64,000 nucleotides of DNA from Chiloscyllium plagiosum (GCF_004010195.1 NC_057719.1:60313080-60377079); one strand, 5' to 3'. Positions 1-13,781 are shown, counted from the stretch's first letter. Notes: generated from the letters alone by a model not told the origin. Made by a program: numbers and translations.

Positions 1-261
1 CCCCACCCCACATTTATCACTCCACCCTGGAGGCTTCCTGCCTCTATTCCTGATGAAGGGCTTTTGCCCGAAACGTTGATTTTCCTGCTCCTCGGATACT
101 GCCTGACCTGCTGTGCTTTTCCAGCACCACTCTGATCTAAACTCTGGTTTCCAACATCTGTAGTCCTCACTTTTGCCTATCTCATATTGAGTTGCTTTTC
201 CAGCACCACTCTGATCTAAACTCTGGTTTCCAACATCTGTAGTCCTCACTTTTGCCTATCT
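1..261 (+). mobile_element. Penelope-like element terminal repeat (pLTR) remnant with hammerhead motif
   Basis: CTGATGA-A-GGGC-TTTT-GCCC-GAAA-C-GTT at 50-77, followed by the CTGACCTGCTGTGCTTTTCCAGCA block seen at other PLE ends in the window; its 3' part is tandemly duplicated. Confidence 0.8.
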
Positions 262-272
262 ACATATTGAGT

Positions 273-1075
273 CAGGAATCCTTCCTAGGCACACCTGACA
301 AAATCGGCTCCATCCAAACTATTTGCACTAAGGAGATTCCAACAAATATTAGAGAAGTCACCCATGACACCAACCCTGTTACTTCTGCACTTTTCCAAAA
401 TCTTTCTCCCAATTTGCTCCTCCACGTCATTGTTGCTATGGGGGGAGGGGGGTTCTATAGAAGTCTCCCAATAAAGTGACTGTTCCTTTCTGACTTCCAC
501 CCATTCTGACTCTGTAGATAAAGCCTCCTCGACGATCTCCATTTCTGCAGCTGTGACACTATCCCTGATTAGCAATGCCACTCCCCCAACTCTTTTACCT
601 CTCTCCCTATTCCTCTTGAAAAATCTAAACCCCAGAACATCCAACAAACTTTCCTGCCCCGGTGATATCGAAGTCTCCATAATGGACACAACATCATAGC
701 TCCAAGTACTGATCCATGCTCTAAGTTTATAACCTTTCTTCCTGACATTTTAAGTGTTAAAATAGGCACACTTCAACCCTTTTAGTTTCCAATCTAATTG
801 CCTACATTCATCCTCATCCCTTTTCCTGGCTATGTCATTGGTACCGATGTGTACCATGACTTCTGGCTGCTCACCTTCCCTCTTAGGAATCCTGTCAACT
901 CGATCTGAGACATCTCTGACCTTGACACCTTGGAGGCAACATACCATCTGGGAGTTTCGTTTGTGACCACAGAATCTCCTGTGTGTTCCTCTAACCACTG
1001 ATTCTCCTATCACTATTGCTTTCCTATTCTCCCCTTTCCCTTCTGAGCCACAGAGTCTGGTTCAGTGCCAGAGTA
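273..1075 (-). mobile_element. CR1 LINE fragment (ORF1 esterase domain plus start of ORF2 endonuclease)
   Basis: ORF 750-1013 IGESVVRGT...VCCLQGVKVRDV...VHIGTNDI resembles the CR1 ORF1 SGNH esterase; ORF 285-689 GGVALLIRDSV...VMGDF resembles an APE endonuclease; frameshifted and internally deleted. Confidence 0.85.
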
Positions 1076-1749
1076 TTGTTGGAACATCCATGGACAAGTG
1101 TGCCAGAAGCTCTCTGTCTCAGAGCTGCATTCTATTGTTGTGAAACTGAAAGCCACAGTCCAAAGAGGCTAAAGAAAGAGTTATCAAATTAAGTCTGTTT
1201 GGCATGTAGCTTACCTCAAGGCCATCACCAGGATCAAATTGGGAGAATAATTGAATATACATCATTTAATAAATCAAATTTAGCTGCTACAACACTCATG
1301 CGCAGCACAATCCAAAGCAATAAAGACTGCCACTGAAGTCAATATTTAACCACCTAACACTGGTTCATTGCAGCTCCAGGTTTTATTGCTGCATCTTGCT
1401 AAGCTTACTTCTACAGCACCACTGAGCACTCAAGATTCTACATTAATGAGGAATTAGCAGTAATGTCATGGGAACACAATTATATGTCAATTCATCTTCG
1501 AGTCATACTTCATATTGAACTGAACTTCTCCTGTTGATACACCATAATTATAGGTCAAAATCCTGTAGCTCCCAAACTAACGGTAATGCGGGAGTATTAG
1601 TATAAAGACCTCAGGTATTCAACAAGACCACCCAGCACAACATTTTCAATTCAAGAAAAGATAGGAAATATCTTTGTCACAGCTTTGTCACATTCTGAGA
1701 ACAATAAAACACAATATAACAAAGAGCATACAGAATCTGTACCTCTGTG

Positions 1750-2690
1750 GAGTTAATTCCTTTATAGATTTCAAAAGTGCTAGAATACAAGAGCAGAAAT
1801 GTACTGTTGAGGTTGTATAAAGCTCTTGCCAGACTGCACTAGGAATATTTTGAGCAGTTTTGAGCCCCATATCTAAGGAAGGATGTACTGGTCTTTGAGG
1901 GGGTTCACAGGAGCTTTACAAGAATGATTTTGGGGATGAAAAGATTAGATTAGATTACTTACAGTGTGGAAACAGGCCCTTCGGCCCAACAAGTCCACAC
2001 CGACCCGCCTAGGCGTAACCCACCCATACCCCTACATTTTACCCCTTACCTAACACTACGGGCAATTTAGCATGGCCAATTCACCTGACCTGCACATCTT
2101 TTGGACTGTGGGAAGAAACCGGAGCACCCGGAGGAAACCCACGCAGACACGGGGAGAACGTGCAAACTCCACACAGTCAGTCGCCTGAGGCGGGAATTGA
2201 ACCCGGGTCTCTGGCGCTGTGAGGCAGCAGTGCTAACCACTGTGCCACCGTGCCGCCCAAGCTTGTCATATCAGCAGCGATTCAGGACTCTGAGTCTGTG
2301 TGCAGTGGAGTTTAAAAGGATGAGGGAGTTTCTCATTGAAACTTACAGAACATTGAGAAGCTGAGACAGATTGGAGGTAGGGAAGATATTTCCACTAGTA
2401 GAGAGACTAGGATCCTCAGAACGAAGGGAGGACCCTTTAGAGCGGAGATGGGGAGGAATTTCTTTACCAAAGGGTGGTGAATCTGTGGAACTCATTGCCT
2501 CCGAAGCTATGGAGGCCAAGTCATTGAGTGTACTTAAGACAGAGATAGATAAGTTCTAGATTGGTAAGAAGATCAAGAGTTATGGGGAGAAGCAACAGAA
2601 AGGGGTTGAGAAATATCAGCCATGAGTGAATGGTGGAGCGGATTCGTTGGGTTAAATAACCTAACTCTGCTCCTATATCTTTTGGTATTT
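1750..2690 (+). mobile_element. CR1 LINE 3' fragment interrupted by a SINE
   Basis: CR1 ORF2 C-terminal remnants (LRLYKALARLH.EY..QF.SPYLRKDV; LIETYRTL) on both sides of the SINE at 1942-2258. Confidence 0.75.
1942..2258 (-). mobile_element. HE1-type (V-SINE) tRNA-derived SINE, near full length
   Basis: Minus strand begins GGGCGGCACGGTGGCACAGTGGTTAGCACTGC (A box) ... GGTTCAATTCC (B box); V-domain TGTGGAGTTTGCACGTTCTCCCCGTGTCTGCGTGGG; CR1-like tail ending in (TAATC)n. Confidence 0.9.
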
Positions 2691-4567
2691 ATGCAAGTTC
2701 CTGTTTGTACTATTTTAATACAGTTTATTATCCTGTTTATCTTAAAGAAACTAGTCACTACCCTAACCTTGAAAAATAATTCTTGAAAAATAGTGCTCTT
2801 GAAACTGGTAAGTTGGTATGGGTTGTAAGAGATGTAAATGTGCTGCTGATTCATGAAGTCAATACTACTCCCTATGGTCTTTTTAGCTTCAAATAAAGAT
2901 GGGAGTGACCATTAATACTGATCCAGAGCCAGCTTCCACTCTTGTGTAACAGGGTTGACTTTTATTCTGAGAAATAACTAGCAAGCTAATATAAAAGTAT
3001 CCCAGGAAAGATCAAAGGAAAATTACACACTGAGAACAATCTAGTATGGCAACTAAAGCTGGGATTTAGATTCTCAATTACTTTCCTCCCAAATAGGATC
3101 TGTATCTAATGTTCTCCTCTTAAGATAGCAATAACAACCAGATTTATTACTTTTCCCAATACAGATAATGTTGCCCTTAATTCACTAAACCAATTTGACA
3201 TTAGAATATTTTGGTAATCTTATAGAATATGGACACTTTTCAGTTTTTTTGTAACTGAATGTATGTGGTCATATTGTAATGTCAGTAAATGTAAGATTAT
3301 TAGTCTTATCAATGACATATAGGTAATTTCTCCAGTGAAATATTGTTGTTCAACATTCAGTCCTTCTATTTCAGTGCATGCATATTATGACTGAAACAAA
3401 ATATGAAATCCTAAAATATTCAAGTGAAAATAAAGAACATTACAATGTAATAACCACCTTTGTGTAGTTCAAAATAAGAAAACATTGAATCTCTGAATGG
3501 CTGAACATTGAAACTGTTGTGCAAGGGCTTCAGCACCTCGAGGACCTTGTGATGATGTCATGGAGCTGCACATCACTGAGCATAAATAACACCGTGTGGG
3601 CAGAAGGAAAACACTCCAGATGAATAAACCATAGCACATAATACTATATTAAACTCTAGAATGAAACAGAGAGGGGCTTTTAAAAACACATGAACATATG
3701 ATTACTCCTTTACCAACATAACTGTAAGATCAGAGATATATCTATGATGAATACATATCGATGTAATTAGTATTAATGTTTAATAAATAGTGTGACTTTG
3801 AAATCTAAGCCTGATGGCAGTTCTTGATTTTGCCTTTTCGTTGATCAATCTGTCTTGAACCCAAACCAATAGCGTCACATGAAATCACATGATTATGCTT
3901 CAGTATTTTAAGCTGAAATCAGAGCAACAATTTGTCACCAGAAGTGAAATGAAGATGTGTCTTTTGTCCAACCAAAGGCTCCAATTTTGACCCCATGAGA
4001 GATTCTGGGGTCAGGTATGTTTAATATTGCATTGTACATCAAAGACATGAGTTCATCAGTAATGCATTACACCAGGAAGCCCAAATGCACACAGGAGAAG
4101 CATTTGGAAGTTTGCAGGAAGTGCCTCTGTAGATTATAGCTGAGCATGTTGCAGGTAGAAGCTCAACAATGAGAGAAGAACAAGGCAAATGATCCAATGT
4201 TCAAGGCTCCAATATATTGATTTCACACTTACATTATTATGTTCATTAGCAGTGAAAAAGAATGATTTAGACTTATACTTTGATTGGAATCATGAACTCT
4301 GGAACCTAAAAAGGAGACCTTTCAGTCAGCAGCACTGAAATATGCAATACACTCAACTTGAAAGACTTATTTCAGATCTCACAAACATTAGACATGACTT
4401 CTTACAACAAATCACTCATTTTAATGCATAACTAGCATGCAGCAAGCTAAAACCACCGGAAGCAAGGAAGAGTCTCAAAATTCAAGTGTGCAGTCCTTCA
4501 ACGAGCCATCAAGCTTCTTCCTCTTCATTCTCAAATGTTCCGGGGCACCACAGTATCAAAAATGAAT

Positions 4568-5243
4568 CAAGTTAAAAATCACACAACACCAGGTTACAGT
4601 CCAACAGGTTTATTTGGAAGTACTCGCTTTCGAAGCGCTGCTCCTTCATCAGGTAGCTGTAGAGCAGGACCATAAGAGACAGAATTTATACCAAAACATT
4701 AAAGTGGCATGAGGTGAATGTGCATTTGCCGAATTGTATCTGCAGACACATTCAGTTTTACTCAAAACCACACAATCTGCAGGCAGTCAATCCATGTAAC
4801 ATTTTAGATATTCCTACTTTGGAAATAGAGCCAGTCTGATTCAAGATTGGTGTACAGACAGATTCTAACCTCACAGCTTTAATGCATTGTTGAACTGAGA
4901 TGTCACCTTTTATTCATAAAACCTTAAATTATCTTGAGAATGTGACTTAAAAGTAGTTCTGGATTTACATAATAATGAACTAAAACCTGCAAGCAGCCTA
5001 AAAGATGAAAGATTTAACAGCAATCTAGGTTTGTTCAATATATCGTTTCAGTTGAATGACACTACAATCTTTTACTATAAATTCTGTGTCTTATGATCCT
5101 GCTCCACAACCACCTGATGAAGGAGCAGCGCTCCAAAGCTAGTGCTTCCAAATACGCCTGTTGGACTATAACCTGGTGTTGTGTGATTTTTAACTTGGTC
5201 CACCCCCTCCCCCCCACCTCCTGTCCAACACTGGCTACTCCAC
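4568..5243. mobile_element. Non-autonomous PLE derivative with long inverted terminal repeats, each carrying a hammerhead motif
   Basis: 4568-4710 is the reverse complement of about 5055-5197; CTGATGA-A-GGAGC-AGC-GCT(T/C)C motif in both arms; flanking ATCAAAAATGAAT (4555-4567) and ATCAAAAATAAAT (5244-5256). Confidence 0.8.
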
Positions 5244-6440
5244 ATCAAAAATAAATGAAACAAAGTAGCTCCTTACATAAAGCAAAAGCATGGACTAAAT
5301 CAAAGGTTGAGCATTGAACAAAGCTCCTTTCAATTGCCAGTGCTACAGATTCACAGGGGAGGTATGTATGACCATGAGTGCTATCTATAACCCTGAATTC
5401 CAGTGAAAAATAAAAATCCAGAGGAAATGGATACACTGCCCATTTAATTATTTTGCTCCTCAGTCATGAGCTGAATGGCATATTGTAACAAACAGAACAG
5501 CAGTGACTATTGTTATCTCAGAACGGATAACATGTTCAACCTGGCTGCATTTGCTTCTTCAAATACACCAATGGCCTAGTAACTAAATATAGTATTGACT
5601 TGTGGGAGCTTCAGTGAGCGGTTTCAATTAAAAAGAAACTGATTTGAAAACTGCATTTGAAAAGTAAATCCTGTGACAAGTATATTTCAGCTATTTTCTA
5701 AACTTGACACCAACAGAAATTTCTGATCAGGCTATTCCTATAAATTCAAAAACTCAAAAGGGAGGAATTAATATTACTTTCAAGGAGTTATTTTCTAATC
5801 AACCTGTTCAGAGATATTATTACACACCTATCTTAATGATGATGAATAATCAGGAAAGGAAAATTGAGACATTTTCACAACATTGTGATGTCACTTCCCA
5901 CAGAGAAACTGTAAAAGCAAAAGGTGTACAAATATATTAGTCACAACGATTAGAATTCCAAAGAGATAACAGCTACATTGACCATTTAAAGGCACCACAA
6001 AATACTTCATTCTGACAAGTCTGATTAGAAAACAGACCTGTGACAAAGCAGTCAGCATTTGTGCATCAGGTGACGAGAAGGAAATAATAGTAACATTGAA
6101 TTTATCAGATATAAAACAAATAGGAATGCTCTAAAGTGGTCATTTTAAAATGTGACATTTACAAAGATAACAATAAGTTGAATCCAGCCCATTTGCAGAA
6201 GGCAAACATTAAAAGAGTTGTTTGTTAGTGGGCATTCAGCCAGGGTTATTCAGTGTGAGGCTGCACATTGAATCCTAATACCAGGTTCAGAGATACAGAT
6301 CAATGTGTCTCTAAAGAGCATTTCTCTCAATCTCAGTACATTCATTATTTTCCACCCAGCACTTGTTTGCAACTAGTTAACTCTTTAATGTAGGAGAAAT
6401 TGTCAGTGGAAGGGCCAGTGGGACATTGCAGCTTCCTTAC

Positions 6441-6512
6441 TGCACTCAAGTTGTCAATAATTTCTGCAACACAACGTTCAAACAGGTTGAAATAATGGCT
6501 CAACAGAGGTAC
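6441..6512 (-). CDS. Candidate 72-nt internal exon of an unidentified host gene (VPLLSHYFNLFERCVAEIIDNLSA)
   Basis: Acceptor TCTTTCTAACCCCACAG, donor GCA|GTAAGG, phase 0-0, only one open frame, lies in non-repeat DNA; no homology recognised. Confidence 0.35.
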
Positions 6513-6659
6513 CTGTGGGGTTAGAAAGACTTAACTAACTGGAGAGTAGTTAAGTAGTCAAGTGCAATAAAGCTCAGCAGTCAGTTTGTCAGAGTGTGAA
6601 TTCTATTGGAAGCAATAGCTGTAATCTGGAGAATGGCAACCTGTCTTGTTTGAAATACT

Positions 6660-7960
6660 GGACAGAATTTTGCAGGGATCTAAGCAAAATGGGCTACAGT
6701 GAGAATTTTGGCAGTATCAGACAGAAGTCCAATGAGGACAATCTTGATTTTCAGAACATTTTGCTCTTTCATATAAGTGGTGTGGTGGGTTTCTCACTAG
6801 GCAGAGGTGAGTTGCAAATTAAGGAGGATAAATTCTTGGTAAATGCTTTATTAAGGGTCCATATTACTTCCTTAATATTCATATTTCCATCTTACTAAAT
6901 AAGTTAGACATCAAGAAAGCCTGATATGGAAAACAGAGTGAGTACCTGGCAAATTTAGCTCAATTCTTGTTCCTCCATGTTAAACACTGGGCACCATCAT
7001 CTCAGGGCATGCTCCAAGGGTATTGGACACATTCACTCCACATCCACAGATGTGGCAAACTCCAAGGACCCTCATGGCACATCTCCTATCCTCAATGCTA
7101 TAGGTACTGTGCAGCTGGAACACAGGCCCAGCTCATGGACTGGACCAGGCTGCATCTCTGGCATCTTTGTTCGCTGTCACAGCACTCACCCACTCTGAGT
7201 CTATCCGGACGCTCACAACATCACCACCTTGCATTGCCTTGCCTTTTTGTACTTTATACCCCTAACCAGATTTACAAGGCTCAGATTTCCTCTGTCTTGC
7301 GATGTTGAGTAGCACAAACTCAAACAAAAGTACTTGTCATGGTTTTCCAAAGGCAGTGCTTAGACAGCACTGAATAGATGCAGGATTCATGATATTAGAG
7401 GCTGGCATGTGTGTCAGTGAGTGAGGGGAGGTGTTGCAGGCATTAATGAGAGTGAAAAACCTTGACAGAGGTGGATATAATTAGTGTGTAGTATCAGAGA
7501 AAAATTGGTAGAACTTACGCTAGCAGAGTGAAGAAGGTCATTGACTTTCTTTCTAAAGTGGTGTGCACTCTTACAAACTTCAGATACTGCTTTGGATTGC
7601 AATGTTGGACTAGGCTGGTGTTGTGACCTCCACTCCTGGTTGAGGAGGAAGTCTATAGTACTTTGTCCGCCAGCACCTCCAGCTCCCTGTACTCATTGCA
7701 TGGTTTTAATTTCATTCTGCTGTGTCTAGAACAAATGTCAGGAGCTATACAGGGCAACTGTAGACTGACAGTCTTTGTCCAGTTGCACTATGGGCTATTG
7801 AAGATGGTATTAGTGTCAGGAATGCCAGTGAATTCCAGGCTTTCTGGTGAGTTGAGAGTTCTTCTGAGAATGGCATGTGGTAAGATGAGACCAGAATTCA
7901 AACTGTTTAGGCATTGTTTAGGAAACACCGTTCAATCCTGAGATTGAAGATGCAGAAACA
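6660..7960 (-). mobile_element. Decayed PIF/Harbinger-related element with Myb/SANT remnant
   Basis: Minus strand near 7519-7600 reads AVSEVCKSAHHFRKKVNDLLHSAS then GTAAGT; shares (G/A)CCCTCATGGCAC with the 21.5-23.3 kb copy in the same relative orientation; boundaries approximate. Confidence 0.55.
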
Positions 7961-7999
7961 ACCCAGAAAATATAGGATTGTTGCATCGATGCGTCACAT

Positions 8000-8385
8000 A
8001 AGTGAAGAATTTGTGCATTTACAAAGAGTACAGACTTGAAACTGAGCTAAATTTTGCAGAAGGTCCAGCCTCAGGAAAAAGTCAAAGAAGACCGTGCTCA
8101 AAGCTCAGAAGCATGCCACATAGAGTGAAGAGAGGCAAGACACTTCCAAGCATCTCGAGAAGCATCTATAAAATGGGAGAATGCCTGACCATGAGGCAAA
8201 GACACTATAAGTGGATAGTTACTTTACACGGTCACTTTTGTGAAGCAGGTCAATTCTGTTTACAAAACAAAAGCTTTTGCAAATCCCCAGCTCATCTGAC
8301 CCATTGAGGATGGCATCAGCTGAGACTGAAGATTGACACAGATGCAAGCACCAACACTCTATCTATCATCATTCCAAGATTATAC
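8000..8385 (+). mobile_element. Possible old RTE-type LINE 3' remnant
   Basis: Degenerate GKSQRRP and C..KSFCKSPAHLTH motifs resemble the RTE ORF C-terminus. Confidence 0.3.
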
Positions 8386-9643
8386 ATCGAAGCTCAGAAG
8401 TCTGTGGAACAACCCACAAGCTTGAAAATTGCCAAGTATAATGGCTCAATGATCAAGTGCCTAGGTTCCTCCATTCTGAAATGTACAGACAGTCAATAAA
8501 CATGGTCCACTCAAATTTTCTACATTGTTGATGCATTAAATTAACAATAGGAGGGATACTAGTTACAATGTACTTAAACATGATCAAAATCATGAGGTGA
8601 CCAAGTCAGACAACCACAGCAGTCAAAACCCATTGGATCAGTACAAGACCTGAAGAGGTTGACACTCTTGTGAATTTCTATGAAGACACAGTTCGACACC
8701 GCATATATATGAGCCGATGAGTGAGAACAAACAGTAGACTAGCAGCAGCCATACCTGACTGGTCTGATGGTGGTCTCAAATCCATATTTCTGCCTACCTC
8801 TGATAACTTTGGTTCCTTCTTTAGTTAAGGATCTATCTAACTCAATCTAAAATTGTTTAATTTATTTGCTTCCACTGTTCTTTGGGAAATAGAGTTCCAA
8901 AGCCTTAAGCTGTTTGCAAGGAAAATGTCTCAGCTAAATGGAAGACATCTTATTTTTAAATTGTGTCCTATTGTTCGAGTAACGAAATGCTTATGTCTGC
9001 TTTCTATAACATGTCAACCAGTTAGCAGCCTGAACCCAGAGGCTATACATTAAAGGTAAAACCTTACATCAAGCATTGCTGTCCAGGAATCACTTCCACA
9101 ACCTATTATGTGTGTGTTAGAAGACTTTACAGTTAGTAATCAGCCTTTTTGACCAAATTAGGAATGCGTCTCATATGGTTACCAAGTCCAGGTGTATGAT
9201 TTGAACAGAGAGCTTATGTTTCAGAGGCAGAGACACTGTGCCCTGTACTGTGACCAAGACTTTCTTATAACATGTTCAATGCTATCAAGCAACTCAATGT
9301 GAAAATGCAGTGAGTACATTCAAGAAAAATTGAGAATGAAAGTGGATGGAATGATAAAAACAAAGTAAATTCGATAACAGTAGCATTATATGGACAAATG
9401 TGGTTCCATTATTACCACAATTAGAAGGATGATTCAATTTAATTACGCTTGATCTAAGGAGCAATGCTTTAAAGAGGTGTGGTAACAAAATATCAATGCA
9501 GAGAGTTAAATGCAATGCTTGCTGCATCAAATATTTTTCAAAATTAGATTCAGAAAATGTACATTGACCCAGACATTTCAAGAGGTCACAAGAGCTAACA
9601 CAATTTCGAACTTCTTTTAATGGATAATGTTTCTTCTGTTTAC

Positions 9644-9796
9644 CAGTTGGACTGTCAGTCAACCAAGTTATATTTCGACAGCATACGAACTGGATAACAG
9701 AATGAGTCCCAGGCTGCACATGGATTGTAAATGACATTGCTGTGGTAGAATACACAGAAGGAGAGCATGACCGAAATGTACAATTGTTCGTAAGAA
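9644..9796 (-). CDS. Candidate 153-nt exon (LTNNCTFRSCSPSVYSTTAMSFTIHVQPGTHSVIQFVCCRNITWLTDSPT)
   Basis: TTTTCATCTGGCAG acceptor, G|GTAAAC donor, phase 1-1, single open frame; splice-like signals also exist on the + strand, so orientation is uncertain. Confidence 0.25.
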
Positions 9797-10134
9797 CTGC
9801 CAGATGAAAATATTTAGTTTATAATTGCAAAAAAAAGCTTCATTTAGGCAGATCACAATGCTTTTTTTGGTACCACTTGTTAAGTTTAGAGTTCCACTTG
9901 GATACTGGGAAGATTAAATCCATATACCGCCATCAGTAAAGTGGTTGTCTTTATGTACTACATAATTCATGATACATCCTTCGTTGTTATAATATAATCT
10001 TGAACTGTTCTTACAATAAATATTCACCAGCAATTACAAAAGATTGCAGTCTCATACTTCTGGCCGAAAAAGCCACATCTCGATAATACCCTAGAATTCT
10101 TAAGTTAGGATTCCAAATGCTGATATTGATAAAC

Positions 10135-10268
10135 TTTACTTATTATTTTACCTATTATTTGCTATCTATGCTACTTAACTCTATGATCTGCCTGTATTGC
10201 TCGCCAGACAAAGCTTTTCACTGTGCCTCAGTACACATGACAATGAATTCAATTCAATTCAATTCAAC
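10135..10268 (+). mobile_element. LINE 3' tail (Rex1/Babar-like) ending in (ATTCA)n
   Basis: AAAGCTTTTCACTGTGCCTCAGTACACATGACAAT followed by ATTCA repeats; similar tail at 19403-19459. Confidence 0.5.
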
Positions 10269-11699
10269 TTTTAGACAAAAATGCTTTTGCTGTAATATGG
10301 ATACTTGGAGAAGTTCTACACTCAGATAATTTTGCTAGTTTTGAAAACCCATATGAGAAGGACATCTGATCACTAGACACAGTCTACAGCTGCTCAAACT
10401 ATGCTTCTTGATGATCTGAAATTTCTTAATTATAGTTTTAAACAGACAACAGATTTGACTGAATAGGTTTGCCTTGCTGAGGTTGGGGGTGAGGGATGGA
10501 AGGGAGAGGGTGATAAAGATATGTAAGGGCTATAATCTTTTTTTTTTAGCCTTTTAAAACCTGTGGTCTGAAATGGATAAACAATTGTGTTGAATTGCTG
10601 CATCATCAACCAATTAACTATAGCACTCAAAATCTTTGCTTAATTTTCACTTATACTTGGGCTCAAAAATGCACATTATTTACAGCACTCTGATTCATTT
10701 ACTGACCATTTAAAAAAGTGTTTCAGCACATGGGGGAATCGGGAACAGCATGTGCCTCACATTCTCCATCCTTCCCTCATGAAAATTACAACAGGGGTCC
10801 TGCAACGTTTGCATGTTTAAACTGCATGATGGTACTAAAACAGCAAAAATAAGCCTGTTTTGAATACATAGTAGTGACTCTTCCAGTAACCAGCTGGCAG
10901 CATTCAACTCCCCATGCACTGGTACTTTAATGCAGAATTCAGTTTTACATACTGCACTGAAGAATTATAATTGCTTCTATTGCAATGTCTGAATAGAAAG
11001 TTCATTCAATGCTAGAAGGATAGAGGCAGAACAGCAACATTTGAAAACAAACCATCTATTTAAATCAATGTGTTGATGTGAGGAGGATATAACTGCAGAA
11101 GCTGTCCTAATAAGTGAAAATTGCAAGGTTTGCTATGCAAAACTGTATGGTAACTGTTAATTTGCTCTGCTTATTTCTCACTTATTCACTAGCTTGCTTT
11201 CATTAGGTGGAAAAGAAGCCAAATTGCTGCCTTGGACAGCAAAAGATTGGCAATTGTCAGAACTATTTCCTGATTAAGTTAAACAAAAGGCAGGCTGTTC
11301 CTCAGTGCCAACATCACACGATTCTCCCAACATTTTTGCCAATGCCCATGGCATTCAGGGGATTGGAAGATTCCACACATAGTTTTGTTTCTTTCTGACT
11401 TCCTAGCACCACAAAACATTTCCAGTTGGTTTATGATTATACAAACTTTAGTCTTGGCGTGTTGAGAAACAGCACTGAATAAAACTCAGGCCAGAATGTT
11501 ATGGCTTCATCATCTCAGGAACCGGTGCATAAATTTATTTGGGATGGCATGCAGTGTCATGTCCATTACCTTGCCAACTTTGCTAGCATTCTTTTCAGTA
11601 GTGGCGTAGGTAGTAGACAGTCTGCCCATTCTTGGGTCAATTGAGGCTTGTAAGTGGCCAAATAATGGCCATGTAATGCCTTCTTCATAGTACTCTACA

Positions 11700-12478
11700 T
11701 TGAAGAAACCATTGCAGACTGGGTGACTGCTTTACAGAACTGCGTATGCATGAGCCCGACCTTTCCGTAGCGGGTCATTTTAAGATAGCCTCCTGCTCAG
11801 ATGCCCATTCACCTGTCCTTGGCCAGCTGCACTGCTCCAGTGAATCACAGCACAAACTGAAGGAACAGCACCTCATCTTTCAACTAGCTACTTTACAATC
11901 TTCTGGACTTAATATTGAATTCAACACCTTCAGATTGTGAACTCACTTAATCCCTTCCCTTTCTTTTGGCTTTACTTTTTGCATTCTCTGTCACCATGTA
12001 TTGCTCCCCTTCCCCCACCTCAGTGGATCTATGTCTTCTTTCCAGTTTTGAAGTTAGACACACCATTGCTCTGCGATTCTCACATTCTGATCATTTAATA
12101 AAAACCGAGAGAACTGCAGGCTATAAATCCAAACCTAAAACAGAAATTGTTATAAAGCTCAGCAGACTTGGCTGCATCTGTTGTGAGAAATCAGTTCTGA
12201 GTAAGATTCGCTAGACCTAAAACATTAACTCTGGTTTCTCTCCACAGATGCTGCCAGACCTGTTAGCTTCTGTAGCAATTTCTGTTCTGATCGCTTAATC
12301 TGTACTTTCAGCAACCTTTCTCCCCCAGTACTCCACCTTCACACTACTGCATAAATTCTACCCTTCCGTACTTCACATCAATTCTGATGAAGAGTTATGC
12401 AGACTAGAAATATTAACTTGCTCTGTTTCCACAGATGCTGCTAAATCTGGTTCGATTTCCAGAATATTTTATTTTCAG
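11700..12478 (+). mobile_element. PLE 3' fragment (GIY-YIG C-terminus plus pLTR) with nested short PLE derivative at about 12098-12290
   Basis: ORF 11746-11940 VAGHF...KLKEQHLIFQLATLQSSGLNIEF; decayed hammerhead motif CTGATGA...GAAA at 12384-12410. Confidence 0.75.
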
Positions 12479-12515
12479 TATTCATTCAGTAAATCCTTGT
12501 CGTACTCAATCCAAG

Positions 12516-13781
12516 TCAAAAAGTGTGACGCTGAAAAAGCACAGCAGGTCAGGCAGCATCCGAGGAGCAGGAGAGTCGATGTTTTGGGCATAAGCCCTTC
12601 ATCAGGATTGTAGAGGTAGCGTGGGAAGTGGGCTGAGAGATAAATGGGAAGGTGGGGAGTATATCTGGGGGGGGGGGGGAAAGCTCGGAAGGGAATAGGT
12701 AGATGGAGGTGGAGGGGTGATTGTGATAGGTAAGTGGGGAGTGAGGAACAGATAGGTGGGAAGGAAGATGGACATATGTAACCGGTCAAGAGGGCGGTGC
12801 TGGGTTGGAGGGTTGGATTTGGGATAAGGTGGGGAGAGGAGATTTGGAAACTAGTGAAATCAATGTTGATGCCGTGTGGTATGGGTCCCAAGATGGAAGA
12901 TGATGCATTCTTCCTCCAGACAATCACATCCCACCACCAGAGATATATTTCCCTCCCCACCCCTACTTGTGTTCCGCAGAGACCATTCCTTCTGTGACTC
13001 CCTTGTTAGGTCCATGCCCCCACTAACGCACCCTTCACATCCTGCACCTTCCCCTGCTGCTGCAAGAGGTGTAAAACCTGCACCCTCACCTCCCCCCTCA
13101 CCTCCATCCAGACCTTTTCACATCCGGCAGAGATTTTCCTGCATATCCAAACACCTCACCTACTGTGTCTGTTGCACTTAATGTGGTCTCCTCTACATTG
13201 GGGAGACAGAATGCCAATTCATGGAACAATTCAGGGAACATCTCTCGGACACATACACCAAACAACCCCACCATCCTGTGGCCAACCACATCAACACCCC
13301 TTCCCAGTCCAGCAAGGACACGCAAGTCCTGGGCCTCCTCTACCACCAAACCTAAGCCACCCGACCTCTGGAGAAAGAACATCTCATCTTCTGCCATGGG
13401 ACCCTTCAACCATACAGAATCAATGCTGAATTCACTAGTTTCCAAATCTCCCCCGTCCCCAGCTCATCCCAGATCCAACCCTCAACTCAGCACCCCCTCT
13501 TGACTTGTCCTACCTGTCCATCTTTCTTCCCACTTATCTGCTCCACCCTCCCCATTGACCTATCACATTCACATCCCACCTACATCCACCTATCGCCTTC
13601 CCAGCTAATTTCCCTCACCTACCTATCTACCTCTCAGCTCCCTTTCCCCCACATTCCTGATGAAGGGCTTATGCCCAAAATATCGACTTTCCTGCTCCTC
13701 GGAATCTGCCTGACCTGCTATGCTTTTCCAGCGCCACACTTTTAACACTGACTCGTAAACATCTGCAGTCCTCACTTTCTC
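12516..13781 (+). mobile_element. 5'-truncated PLE with inverted 5' pLTR and 16-bp TSD
   Basis: 12516-12915 is an inverted copy of the element's 3' end; GIY-YIG remnants (HLTYCVCC, LYIGET, HPVANH, HLIFCHGTLQP); TCGTACTCAATCCAAG 12500-12515 versus TCGTACTCACTCCAAG 13782-13797. Confidence 0.85.

Noticed and set aside
1215..1335. Strong minus-strand donor GAG|GTAAGC
   Set aside because: No acceptor gives an open frame through to the donor
2180..2258. tRNA-like A and B boxes (also near 33420-33492, 48175-48250 and 50271-50340)
   Set aside because: These are SINE heads followed by SINE bodies, not tRNA genes
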